From Candidatus Pelethousia sp. (GTDB lineage: Bacteria; Bacillota; Clostridia; Christensenellales; CAG-138), in NCBI GenBank assembly GCA_034928145.1, contig JAYFPE010000040.1, positions 5,282 to 69,281 on the forward strand: a DNA stretch of 64,000 nucleotides, written 5' to 3'. The notes under the pieces were generated by a model. That model was given only the letters and a program-made list of their open reading frames with translations. It was not told where the DNA came from and did no database searches. The translations under genes were made by a program, and so were the position numbers. This document shows, piece after piece, positions 1-8,476 of the stretch; the stretch's first letter is position 1; each line of letters opens with the position of its first letter.

Positions 1-135
1 TTGATAGAGCTTGAGCCCATAGAGGAGCAGGAGGCTGTCCTTGCCTCCGGAGACGCCCACGCAGACCTTATCGCCGGGCCGCAGCATATGATAGCGCTCA
101 TCCGCCCTGCGGATGCAGCCTAAGACACGTTTCAT
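1..135 (-). CDS. ttcA: tRNA 2-thiocytidine biosynthesis TtcA-family PP-loop ATPase, 5' part (runs off window start)
   Basis: Manual translation of the minus strand from ATG at 135 gives MKRVLGCIRRADERYHMLRPGDKVCVGVSGGKDSLLLLYGLKLYQ, with the PP-loop motif SGGKDS. Confidence 0.8.
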   Translation of the reverse strand, partial: MKRVLGCIRRADERYHMLRPGDKVCVGVSGGKDSLLLLYGLKLYQ

Positions 136-186
136 CGCATAATTGCCTTTCGATTTTTTCACCCTATTATAGCCCGGCCACGCATA

Positions 187-215
187 TTGACGCAATGAGG
201 AATTCATGCTAGAAT
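187..215 (+). promoter_or_regulatory. SigA-type promoter of the SAM riboswitch-metK transcript
   Basis: TTGACG-N17-TAGAAT with TG upstream of the -10. Confidence 0.6.
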
Positions 216-237
216 AATAGCAGAAAACCGAATAGCG

Positions 238-349
238 TCTTATCAAGAGCGGCGGAGGGACCGGCCCTGTGAAGCCCGACAACCTGCTCCCCTTTCCAAG
301 GGGGCGTAAGGTGCCAATTCCGGCAGCGCCAGAGCGCTGAGAGATGAGA
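238..349 (+). ncRNA. SAM-I (S-box) riboswitch
   Basis: CTTATCAAGAG..GGAGGGAC.GGCCC..TGAAGCCC..CAACC....AAGGTGCCAATTCC.GCAG...CTGAGAGATGAG matches the S-box consensus and lies directly upstream of metK. Confidence 0.95.
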
Positions 350-363
350 TAAGGACCTCCTTG

Positions 364-388
364 CCTCATCTGCGCATGAGGTTTTTTT
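364..388 (+). terminator. Riboswitch expression-platform terminator
   Basis: CCTCAT-CTGCGC-ATGAGG followed by a T-run; its CTCATC arm can alternatively pair with the GATGAG P1 strand. Confidence 0.8.
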
Positions 389-414
389 ATTTCACTTTCA
401 AGGAGGATACGACC

Positions 415-1587
415 ATGACAAAGCGACTCTTCACCTCGGAATCCGTCACCGAGGGCCACCCCGATAAGGTATGCGACTGCATTTCCGATTCCATGCTGGA
501 CGCCATGCTGGAGGCGGATCCCGCTTCCCGGGTGGCCTGCGAATGCGCCGCCACCACCGGCATGGTGCTGGTGATGGGCGAGGTCACCACCGATTGCTAT
601 GTGGATATCCCGCGCCTGGTGCGGGAGGTGGTGGGCCATATCGGCTACGACAGGCAGGATCTCGGCTTTGACAGCCATACCCTGGCCGTAATCACCGCCC
701 TCAACGGCCAATCTCCGGATATCGCCCTGGGGGTGGATCGATCCTTCGAGGCTAAGCACGGCCAAACGGAGGCGGCTTTCTCCATCGGCGCGGGGGATCA
801 GGGCATGATGTTCGGCTATGCCTGCGACGAGACCTCGGAGCTGATGCCCCTGCCCATCTCGTTGGCCCATACCCTATGCAGGCGGCTCACCGAAGTTCGG
901 CGGCAGGGAACTTTGGCCTACCTTAGGCCGGATGGCAAAAGCCAGGTGACTGTGGAATACGACGGCGACAGGCCCGTAGCCGTGGATACGGTGGTGATCT
1001 CCGCCCAGCACAACCCGGATGTGGACATGGAACAACTGCGGGAAGATCTCATCCAGCATGTGATCCGGCCCGTGATTCCGGAGCAGTACTGGCGGGAGGA
1101 TACCCGGGTGTTCGTCAACCCCACGGGGCGCTTCGTCATCGGCGGCCCGCATGGGGATAGCGGTCTCACAGGCCGCAAGATCATCGTGGATACCTATGGC
1201 GGCTATGCCCGCCATGGCGGCGGCTGCTTCTCCGGCAAGGATCCCACTAAGGTGGATCGGAGCGCGGCCTATGCGGCCCGCTATGCGGCAAAGAATATCG
1301 TGGCCGCGGGCCTCGCGAAGCGATGCGAAATCCAACTGGCCTATGCCATCGGCGTGGCACGGCCCGTGAGCGTGCTGGTGGATACCCAGGGAACCGGAAA
1401 GCTAGAGGATTCCGCCATCGAGGCGCTGGTGCAAAAGCACCTCGATTTGCGGCCCGAAGCCATCATTGAGCGGCTGGGCCTCAGGCGTCCTATCTACAGG
1501 CAAACGGCCGCCTACGGCCACTTCGGCCGGGCCGATCTGAATCTCCCCTGGGAGGCGCTGGATTTGGTTCAGGCCCTTCGCGGCTGA
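415..1587 (+). CDS. metK: S-adenosylmethionine synthetase
   Basis: [19 protein letters not shown] and [16 protein letters not shown] motifs; AAGGAGG SD before ATG 415. Confidence 0.98.
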   Translation: MTKRLFTSESVTEGHPDKVCDCISDSMLDAMLEADPASRVACECAATTGMVLVMGEVTTDCYVDIPRLVREVVGHIGYDRQDLGFDSHTLAVITALNGQSPDIALGVDRSFEAKHGQTEAAFSIGAGDQGMMFGYACDETSELMPLPISLAHTLCRRLTEVRRQGTLAYLRPDGKSQVTVEYDGDRPVAVDTVVISAQHNPDVDMEQLREDLIQHVIRPVIPEQYWREDTRVFVNPTGRFVIGGPHGDSGLTGRKIIVDTYGGYARHGGGCFSGKDPTKVDRSAAYAARYAAKNIVAAGLAKRCEIQLAYAIGVARPVSVLVDTQGTGKLEDSAIEALVQKHLDLRPEAIIERLGLRRPIYRQTAAYGHFGRADLNLPWEALDLVQALRG

Positions 1588-1759
1588 TAAAGCCGTTGCT
1601 TCGCGCCCCGCGGCCAATGTTGCGCAGTGGGGCGCTTTTGAATTGCGGTGGAAATTTGAACTTTTAGGCTTTTTGCCAAAGCGGGGATTTCCCCATTGCC
1701 CTGGCCGCCACATTGAGGGTATAATAAAACTACCAAATCAAAGCAGGGAGGGGTTTATC

Positions 1760-2170
1760 TTGATACAGGTAATTTTCGGAGAGAAAGGCGCGGGCAAAAC
1801 CAAAAAGATTCTGGACATGGCAAATGGATCCGCCCAAACGGCGAAGGGCTCTATCGTGTTTATAGCGGACGACGGGCAGTATATGTTCGGCCTCAAGCGG
1901 GACATCCGCTTTGTTGACGCTTCCAGCTTCCACATCGACGGCCCAAAGATGTTTTATGGTTTTCTTTGCGGCCTCGCCGCGCAGGATTTCGATCTGGAAT
2001 ATATCTATATCGATGGTTTCCTCAAAATTGTACGCCACCCTCTCGACACCCTCGAAAGCATGTTCTCCGAAATGGACGACTTCTCCAAGCGCAACGGCAT
2101 CAACATCATTATCAGCGTCAATGGTGAACCCTGCTGCATACCGGATTTCCTCAAGCAATATATCCAATAG
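1760..2170 (+). CDS. Small stand-alone P-loop ATP-binding protein (conserved clostridial hypothetical)
   Basis: TTG start after GGGAGGG; Walker A GEKGAGKT at the N-terminus; Walker-B-like YIYIDG; 136 aa. Confidence 0.75.
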   Translation: MIQVIFGEKGAGKTKKILDMANGSAQTAKGSIVFIADDGQYMFGLKRDIRFVDASSFHIDGPKMFYGFLCGLAAQDFDLEYIYIDGFLKIVRHPLDTLESMFSEMDDFSKRNGINIIISVNGEPCCIPDFLKQYIQ

Positions 2171-2197
2171 TCTACATAAAAAGCCTCAGATACAGGT

Positions 2198-2226
2198 GAG
2201 CGGGCTCTGTAAGCGCCCGCTCTTTT
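2198..2226 (+). terminator. Rho-independent terminator
   Basis: GAGCGGGC-N9-GCCCGCTC-TTTT. Confidence 0.7.
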
Positions 2227-2258
2227 ACGTAGCATCCCGCGAAGGAGCATAGATGCCC

Positions 2259-2286
2259 TTGATTTCTTTGCGCATTCTGCTATAAT
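2259..2286 (+). promoter_or_regulatory. SigA-type promoter with extended -10
   Basis: TTGATT...TGC-TATAAT, followed by a GGAGGT SD at 2303-2308. Confidence 0.55.
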
Positions 2287-2312
2287 AAACAGCAGAGAAA
2301 ACGGAGGTGGGT

Positions 2313-2462
2313 TTGTGTCGGCCATCCAATAAAATAATTAACGGCGGAGATAGGGCCCGTAATAATATGCGGGGACATTTGCTGTATTATTTTATGGATA
2401 GTTGCGCGCAGGCCGCCTATAAACCAAAGGGCCTGTTTGCCTTTCTCCTTGGCCGGCTGTGA
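2313..2462 (+). CDS. Putative 49-aa small peptide
   Basis: TTG start after GGAGG; MCRPSNKIINGGDRARNNMRGHLLYYFMDSCAQAAYKPKGLFAFLLGRL; flanked by a promoter and a terminator; no recognised family. Confidence 0.3.
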   Translation: MCRPSNKIINGGDRARNNMRGHLLYYFMDSCAQAAYKPKGLFAFLLGRL

Positions 2463-2527
2463 TTGGGTGCTGCAAGCAGCCCTTAACGGCCCGCTTTGGG
2501 CAATGCCATTAGCCATAGAAAGAATAT

Positions 2528-2565
2528 GCGGATGATCCTGCGCAGTAGGAGCCATCCGCTTTTTG
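2528..2565 (+). terminator. Rho-independent terminator
   Basis: GCGGATG-ATCCT...AGGA-GC-CATCCGC-TTTTT. Confidence 0.6.
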
Positions 2566-2747
2566 TTGCGCCTGGATGGGCCCCGGCGCATTGCGTGAGA
2601 TCAGTCATTTTGCAAGGAGCGTATTTGTATGTATTGTGCTTCGGTCGCTGTTATGCCATAGCAAAGGCTATCGCATAATGTCAATCGTTGATATTCGTAT
2701 AGCCTTTGCCCGATTCCAAAATTACGTGATTTGGAGGAAGGAGCATA

Positions 2748-3014
2748 ATGAGCTATATCAAAGCAGCCGATATTTTGCCGCAGGAGATCGTGGAAACAAT
2801 CCAGTGCTATATCGATGGCGGTTATATCTATATCCCCAGAAAGGAAGCCAACCGTAAGGCCTGGGGAGAAAACACCCGGAGCAAGGAGCTTTTGCGCGAA
2901 CGAAACGAAGCGATTCATAAGGACTACGCGGAGGGAATGCCTGTAAGCCGGCTTTCCGAGGTGTATTATCTATCGCCCAAAAGCATCCAGAAAATAATTG
3001 CCGGATATAAGTGA
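2748..3014 (+). CDS. CD3324-family protein (Mor-like C-terminal HTH)
   Basis: The MSYIKAADILPQEIVETIQCYIDGGYIYIP...RNEAI...LSEVYYLSPKSIQKII pattern; strong SD GGAGGAAGGAG. Confidence 0.8.
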   Translation: MSYIKAADILPQEIVETIQCYIDGGYIYIPRKEANRKAWGENTRSKELLRERNEAIHKDYAEGMPVSRLSEVYYLSPKSIQKIIAGYK

Positions 3015-3037
3015 TTCGGCAGGCACAAGCAGCCCGA

Positions 3038-3361
3038 GAAGCGCCATAAACCTATGGCGCTTCTGCGTGTCAAAAAAGTGGCTACGGCGAGTTTACAGGG
3101 TTTGCTTGTGCCTGTAGGCACGGCCAGCAAACCCTGCAGGGAAACCCTTGCTACGCAAGGCCTCTCGCCGCCACCGCACCTGTCGCTGGCGGCGATTAGA
3201 ACCTCCGGGGCTACGGCTACGGCCCCTCGAACCCCCCAAGGACTTTTTTGAGTTTCCGTGAAACAACTGCTCGTACCTCGCGGTTGTTGTTTCATGCGGA
3301 GAAGGCCTTGGCAAGCAAGGCTTTTCGCTAGTCTGAAGCGCCATAAACCTATGGCGCTTCT
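3038..3361. mobile_element. Putative non-autonomous element (MITE-like), 270 bp, flanked by a duplicated 27-bp palindrome
   Basis: GAAGCGCCATAAACCTATGGCGCTTCT occurs at 3038-3064 and 3335-3361; the interior is hairpin-rich with no credible ORF; a 48-bp core recurs at 31794-31841. Confidence 0.65.
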
Positions 3362-3491
3362 TCTTTCTGCGGTAAGCTGCGGCGCATCTTTGTTTATGAA
3401 AGGACTATACGGTTGCCGCCTGTTATACACGATATCTATAATATCTCTTGGGCGGAAAACAAGATATTTTGTTTTTGACAGGAGAGGTAAG

Positions 3492-4763
3492 ATGAAAATC
3501 GAGCATCCGGCGGTCTTTATAGCCAGGATCGCCAGCATTATGAATAAAGAAATCAGCATCCTATGCGATGGAGTTTTGACGCCCTGCCTGCTCTGCGGCA
3601 ACCTGGCCGCCGGCGGCGGGCTGTGCGTGGGCGATCGGATCGAGGCTGAGGATATTGGAAACGGCCAATGCAAGGCCCTGCGCGTCTTGCCGCGTGAGGC
3701 ATCCGTCTATCGTGGAAACAGGCGTTCGCCTGGGGAGGATATCCTTATCGCGGCCAATGCCAAGCTGCTTTTAGCTGTGGTAAGCGCCGATTACCTGCGT
3801 AACCAGGCCGGCTATTTGGAGGCGGCCATCCTCGCCGCGAAGCGTGCAGGCATAGAGGCGGGCATCTTTGTCAGCAAGTGGGATTTGATCCACGGACGGG
3901 CACAAGAGCTGCTGCAGCCCAAGCTGGATCTATACCGGAGTACTGCGCGGTTCCTATTTGCCGGCTCCGCCCATGATTGCCAAAACGACCTGCTGGAGGC
4001 CGTGCGGGGCCAAACTGTGCTGGTCGTGGGTGATCGGGCCTGCGGAAAAACCACCTTAATCAACCGGTGCTTGTGGCAGCCATCCAACGGAGAGGCCGGC
4101 CCGGAGCGGGCAACCGGCACCCATACCGCCGGCTTGCGGGCCGGATCCTACGGCACGATGTGGATCGATACCCCCGGTTTTCGAGATTTTGCCCTGCCGC
4201 ATGTTACGCCGGCGGAGCGTGACAGCGTGTTTCCCGAGATTGCCAATCTCACAAAGGACTGCTATTTCAGCAATTGTACGCATGTATATGAAGACGCCTG
4301 CCAGGTGCTGGACGCGCTCCGGCAAAAGCGGATCAGGCGCGAGCGGTATGACGCTTATCAGAAAATGAGCGATGCAAGCCTAGCCGCAAGCAGCAAGCCG
4401 AAGGTCGACCACCGGCATGGCGCCAGCTTGGAGAGCTTTACCTGCAAGGTATGCGGGGCGCTGGTAACGCCGGAGGGCGCGGGCAGCCGCCATCGCAACC
4501 ATTGCCCCAAGTGCTTATCCAGCTTGCACCTGGATGAAGAGCCGGGTGATCGGGCCTCGCTTTGCCGTGGCATTATGGAGCCGATCAGCATATGGGTACG
4601 CAAAGGAGGGGAATGGGCTATTATACACCGCTGCCGGTTATGCGGGGCCCTGAGCTCTAACCGCATCGCCGCCGATGACAGCCCGGCTATGCTGATGTCC
4701 CTTGCCGTTAAGCCTCTGGCAATGACCCCGTTTCCGTTATATCAATTGGACGAAACGCTTTAG
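3492..4763 (+). CDS. Divergent RsgA-like circularly permuted GTPase fused to a C-terminal RNHCP zinc domain
   Basis: OB-fold-like VGDRIE..RVLPR; G4 SKWD, G1 GDRACGKT, G3 DTPG; Zn site CYFSNCTH..E..C; then FTCKVCG..RNHCPKCLSSLH..PGDRA..HRCRLCG..NRIAADD. SD GGAGAGG before ATG 3492. Confidence 0.85.
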   Translation: MKIEHPAVFIARIASIMNKEISILCDGVLTPCLLCGNLAAGGGLCVGDRIEAEDIGNGQCKALRVLPREASVYRGNRRSPGEDILIAANAKLLLAVVSADYLRNQAGYLEAAILAAKRAGIEAGIFVSKWDLIHGRAQELLQPKLDLYRSTARFLFAGSAHDCQNDLLEAVRGQTVLVVGDRACGKTTLINRCLWQPSNGEAGPERATGTHTAGLRAGSYGTMWIDTPGFRDFALPHVTPAERDSVFPEIANLTKDCYFSNCTHVYEDACQVLDALRQKRIRRERYDAYQKMSDASLAASSKPKVDHRHGASLESFTCKVCGALVTPEGAGSRHRNHCPKCLSSLHLDEEPGDRASLCRGIMEPISIWVRKGGEWAIIHRCRLCGALSSNRIAADDSPAMLMSLAVKPLAMTPFPLYQLDETL

Positions 4764-4825
4764 CGTCACCGTCCATCCGGCAAACCGGCGCGCTAAGGCT
4801 GGGGAGAGAAACCCGGTACCATAAG

Positions 4826-4867
4826 CCGGGCTGAAGCGCTGCAAAAAGAGCGCCGCAGCCCGGTTTT
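4826..4867 (+). terminator. Rho-independent terminator
   Basis: CCGGGCTG..GCGCT..AGCGC..CAGCCCGG-TTTT. Confidence 0.55.
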
Positions 4868-5020
4868 GCTTCCTGACAATGCGGCTGTGCCCTTCATAGC
4901 CTGTTCATTTGACGCAGGGAGATAAACTTGGTAAAATGAGCATATTCTATATATGACCTGGATGTATGACTGCGGTGAAAACGGTCATAGTCATAGGCAA
5001 ACCCTTTCGGAGGTAGATGC

Positions 5021-6250
5021 ATGAAGTCCTTTTCAAGGACCATTTTATACGTGGTGATCGGCGTGCTGATCGTGGCCCTGCTCTCCTCAGCGGCCACGGT
5101 GCTGGTGCTTCGAAGCCGCGCCCAGGATACCATTACCATGACGGCGGAGGAATATAGCCGCATTACGGATCTCTTGGCCTTCAACGAATTGGTTGATGAT
5201 ATCGAAGCCCAGGCCTATGGCGGCGCGCCCAGCCGGGCAGAGCTGCTGGCTGGGGCGGCCCGGGGCATGGTGGATACGCTGCACGATCCTTACGCAAAAT
5301 ACTATACGGCAGAAGAATACGAGGCCTACCTATCCAGCATCAACGGCGAATACTTCGGCGTGGGCCTATTGGTGAGCCAGCCGGACGAGACCGGCGCGCA
5401 GGTTTTAGAGGTTTACGAGGGTAACCCGGCCGATAAGGCCGGCGTGCAGGCCGGGGATATCATTACCGCCGTGGATGGTGTGGCTACTGCGAACCTTTCC
5501 TTAGAGGAGATCCGCTCTATGCTCGACGCGCAGACCGGCGAGCCCATAGAATTGACCCTCCTGCGCGGCGGCGAGAGCTTGGCCATCTCCGTCACGGGGG
5601 ACACGGTCAACATCAAGCGGGTAAAGGGCTCGCTCTTCAACGAACGCACGGGCTATATTAAGATCGATATGTTCACGGGCGATTGTGCCAGTGAGTTCGA
5701 CGAGGCGCTCAAAACCCTCAAAAGCCGCGGGATGCGTTCACTGGTGATTGACCTTCGCAACAACCCCGGCGGCTCGCTGGACGATGTGGTAAAAATCTGC
5801 GACCTTCTGCTTTCCAAGGGGCAAACTATCGTTAGCGTAGGCGAGGCGGGTGGCGCGGATAATGAGGTTTATACCGCTACCGGCCATGGGGTGGGCGTGC
5901 CGCTGGCCATCCTGGTTAACGAGCATTCCGCCTCCGCCAGTGAGATATTGGCCGGCGCCATCAAGGATAACGAAGCGGGCGTGATCGTGGGCACGCAGAC
6001 CTATGGCAAGGGCGTGGTGCAAACCACCATGCGGGTAGAAAAGAGCGGCGGCTGGCTCAAGCTGACCACGGCTGCCTATTTCACACCCAGCGGCGAGAAC
6101 ATTCACGGCGTGGGCATCGCGCCGGATATCCTCAGCGTTTTACCGGAGTCTCTGCAGGGCAAGCCGCTCTCCGAGATCGACCAGGCGGACGACGAGCAGC
6201 TCTGGGCGGCCCTGGATTACGTACGCGAGCAGGCTTTACAGGCTTCCTAA
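5021..6250 (+). CDS. S41A carboxyl-terminal processing protease (CtpA/CtpB-like)
   Basis: N-terminal TM anchor; PDZ domain (GVGL...PADKAGVQAGDII); DLRNNPGG, SASASEI and TYGKG motifs. Confidence 0.93.
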   Translation: MKSFSRTILYVVIGVLIVALLSSAATVLVLRSRAQDTITMTAEEYSRITDLLAFNELVDDIEAQAYGGAPSRAELLAGAARGMVDTLHDPYAKYYTAEEYEAYLSSINGEYFGVGLLVSQPDETGAQVLEVYEGNPADKAGVQAGDIITAVDGVATANLSLEEIRSMLDAQTGEPIELTLLRGGESLAISVTGDTVNIKRVKGSLFNERTGYIKIDMFTGDCASEFDEALKTLKSRGMRSLVIDLRNNPGGSLDDVVKICDLLLSKGQTIVSVGEAGGADNEVYTATGHGVGVPLAILVNEHSASASEILAGAIKDNEAGVIVGTQTYGKGVVQTTMRVEKSGGWLKLTTAAYFTPSGENIHGVGIAPDILSVLPESLQGKPLSEIDQADDEQLWAALDYVREQALQAS

Positions 6251-6320
6251 GGTTTTCACCAGGGCGGGCGCTTGGCCCGCCCTGCCATATTTTTAGCGTC
6301 AAACAAGAAGGAGGATAGCA

Positions 6321-7646
6321 ATGGATATCGAAACGCTTATCGCTGCCGACCCCATTGTGGACAAGCTGGCCAGGGCTAAGGAATGCCTTTGGCTCAATCC
6401 TCATCTTACCGCCGCAGAGCATGCCTTTAAGGGAATCTCCCTAACCATGGCCGATATCGACGACGCGGACGCCCGCCTTCTGCGCTTTGCGCCCTTCATA
6501 GAGGCCTGCTTCCCCGAAACCAGGCCCGACGGCGGGCTGATCGAATCCCCCTTGACCGAGATTGAGCGTATGCGCACCCTGCTCAACAGCCGCTACGGCG
6601 GCAAGATCGGCGGCAGGCTGCTGCTTAAGCGGGATAGCGACCTCCCCATCGCCGGCTCCGTCAAGGCCCGGGGCGGCATCTATGAGATCCTAAAACACTC
6701 GGAAGAGCTGGCGCTTTGCGCAGGTTTACTCACTGTGCAGGATGATTATGCCAAGCTAGCGGAACCTTCCTTTCGCGCGTTCTTCGCAAAATATACCATT
6801 CAGGCGGGCTCCACAGGCAACCTGGGCCTTTCCATCGGCATCATGAGCGCCGCTATCGGCTATCGGGTGATCGTGCATATGAGCGCGGACGCCCGCCAAT
6901 GGAAAAAGGACCTGCTCAGAAGCAAGGGCGTGGAGGTGATCGAATATGCCTCCGATTATTCCGAGGCCGTGCGCAGGGGCCGTGCCCTTTCCGATGCGGA
7001 CCCCATGAGCTACTTTGTGGATGATGAAAACTCCGTGGCCCTCTTCCTTGGTTATGCGGTGGCCGCCAAGCGCTTGCAGGCGCAGCTTGCGGCCATGAAA
7101 GTGCCTGTGGATGACGGTCACCCTCTCTTCGTTTACATCCCCTGCGGGGTGGGCGGCGCGCCCGGCGGGATAGCCTTCGGCCTCAAACAGCTTTTTGGGG
7201 ATGCCGTACACATCTTTTTCGTGGAGCCTGTGCAGGCGCCCTGCATGGTTCTAGGTATGGCTACGGGCCTCAACAACGGGATCGGCGTGCAGGATATCGG
7301 CCTTACGGGCCGTACGCATGCGGACGGTTTGGCCGTGGGGCGGCCTTCCGGCTTTGTGGGCAAGGCCATGAAGCATATCCTCAGCGGCGGGGCGACTTTG
7401 GCGGACCCCAAGCTTTACGACTACATGCGCGATTTGCTGGAGAGTGAGCAGATCTTCATCGAACCCTCGGCCTGCGCAGCGTTTGAAGGCCCCCTGAAGC
7501 TTTGCGGCCTCGAGGGCGAGCCTTACCGCAAGGCACGCGGCCTTGCCGAACTTTCCGGCTCGGCTACGCACGTGGCCTGGGCTACGGGCGGCAGGCTGGT
7601 ACCCGAGGATATACGCGCGGCGTATATCTCCACCCATTTGAAATAG
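6321..7646 (+). CDS. dsdA: D-serine ammonia-lyase
   Basis: PIAGSVKARGG (PLP lysine), STGNLGLSIG, PCGVGGAPGG, EPSA and WATGG motifs. Confidence 0.95.
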   Translation: MDIETLIAADPIVDKLARAKECLWLNPHLTAAEHAFKGISLTMADIDDADARLLRFAPFIEACFPETRPDGGLIESPLTEIERMRTLLNSRYGGKIGGRLLLKRDSDLPIAGSVKARGGIYEILKHSEELALCAGLLTVQDDYAKLAEPSFRAFFAKYTIQAGSTGNLGLSIGIMSAAIGYRVIVHMSADARQWKKDLLRSKGVEVIEYASDYSEAVRRGRALSDADPMSYFVDDENSVALFLGYAVAAKRLQAQLAAMKVPVDDGHPLFVYIPCGVGGAPGGIAFGLKQLFGDAVHIFFVEPVQAPCMVLGMATGLNNGIGVQDIGLTGRTHADGLAVGRPSGFVGKAMKHILSGGATLADPKLYDYMRDLLESEQIFIEPSACAAFEGPLKLCGLEGEPYRKARGLAELSGSATHVAWATGGRLVPEDIRAAYISTHLK

Positions 7647-7753
7647 CATGCTGCAAATTATACGGCGGCAAAATGAAGCGGGCTTGGCCGTTTCCGGCCA
7701 GCCCACTTTGTGTTATAATTTCCTTACCCGCCGCAACCGTGGGGCGAGCCCGG

Positions 7754-8038
7754 TCAAAAACCGGTTTGCTGTTTAAGCTGATCCATCTTTTGCTTGGCGG
7801 TTTGCACCTCATTTTCGGGCGCTTGCTTGGTGGCGTACATGTTGCGGGTTCGCATCTCGTCAAAAACGCAGTATTGATCCTGTGAGCACTCGGTCATGTT
7901 GGAGATGAGGAGCTGCCTAAGGTTCTGGCAGGAAGATTCCGTCAGATCCCCGGCGTAGTCCTTCACCAGTTGTTTTTCCTGCGAAAGGATGTCTGTGAGC
8001 ATTTCCTGTTCGGTCATTTGGCTGAAGTTTGCGTGCAT
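7754..8038 (-). CDS. Spore coat protein (Coat F/ferritin-like)
   Basis: The MTEQEMLTDILSQEK...TESSCQNLRQ...FDEMRTRNMY pattern is typical of clostridial CotF-like proteins. Confidence 0.75.
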   Translation of the reverse strand: MHANFSQMTEQEMLTDILSQEKQLVKDYAGDLTESSCQNLRQLLISNMTECSQDQYCVFDEMRTRNMYATKQAPENEVQTAKQKMDQLKQQTGF

Positions 8039-8050
8039 GGCATTCTCTCC

Positions 8051-8320
8051 TTACTGGTGGCTGTTTAGGTAGTTTTGCAGCGCGTCGAAGTGCTGCTTGT
8101 GGTGCTGGGCGAAGTTCGTAGCCATGTCCTTAAGGGGCTGCTCGCTAAGGCTGTTTGCGTAAACCTGGCACTTTTTGTAGGCCAGCGCCTCGTGATACAT
8201 TTGGTCCTTGATGATGTCGAGGTTTTTGGTGTCGATCTTTGGTGCGCTGGTGGATGCCGCCGCTTCCATTTTAAAAGCGGAAGAGGCGGGCACGGGATCC
8301 ATGGGGCTCTGTTGCTTCAT
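8051..8320 (-). CDS. Small ferritin-like spore coat-associated protein
   Basis: DQMYHEALAYKKC..YA...H..HFDAL..YL; strong SD AGGAGG; paired with the CotF-like gene. Confidence 0.7.
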   Translation of the reverse strand: MKQQSPMDPVPASSAFKMEAAASTSAPKIDTKNLDIIKDQMYHEALAYKKCQVYANSLSEQPLKDMATNFAQHHKQHFDALQNYLNSHQ

Positions 8321-8476
8321 GGGCGATACCTCCTAATTATTTGATCTTGGTGAGCGCCGCCTAAGCGGCGTGTATACAGCTAGTATGGCGCGTGAAGCGC
8401 CGTTTCACCCATGAAAAAACAGGATTAACCGCAAAATCCCAAGCGGGAATAGAGGAAGGAATAGCGTAGGATAATT

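Noticed and set aside
3038-3361. The 27-bp palindromic direct repeat as a mini-CRISPR array
   Set aside because: There are only two copies, the spacer is 270 bp, and no cas genes are present; a target-site duplication fits better.
3258-3491. N-terminal 78-aa extension of the RsgA-RNHCP ORF, and ORFs 2966-3673, 3054-3251 and 3093-3344
   Set aside because: They read through the repeat element and promoter DNA; the SD supports ATG 3492.
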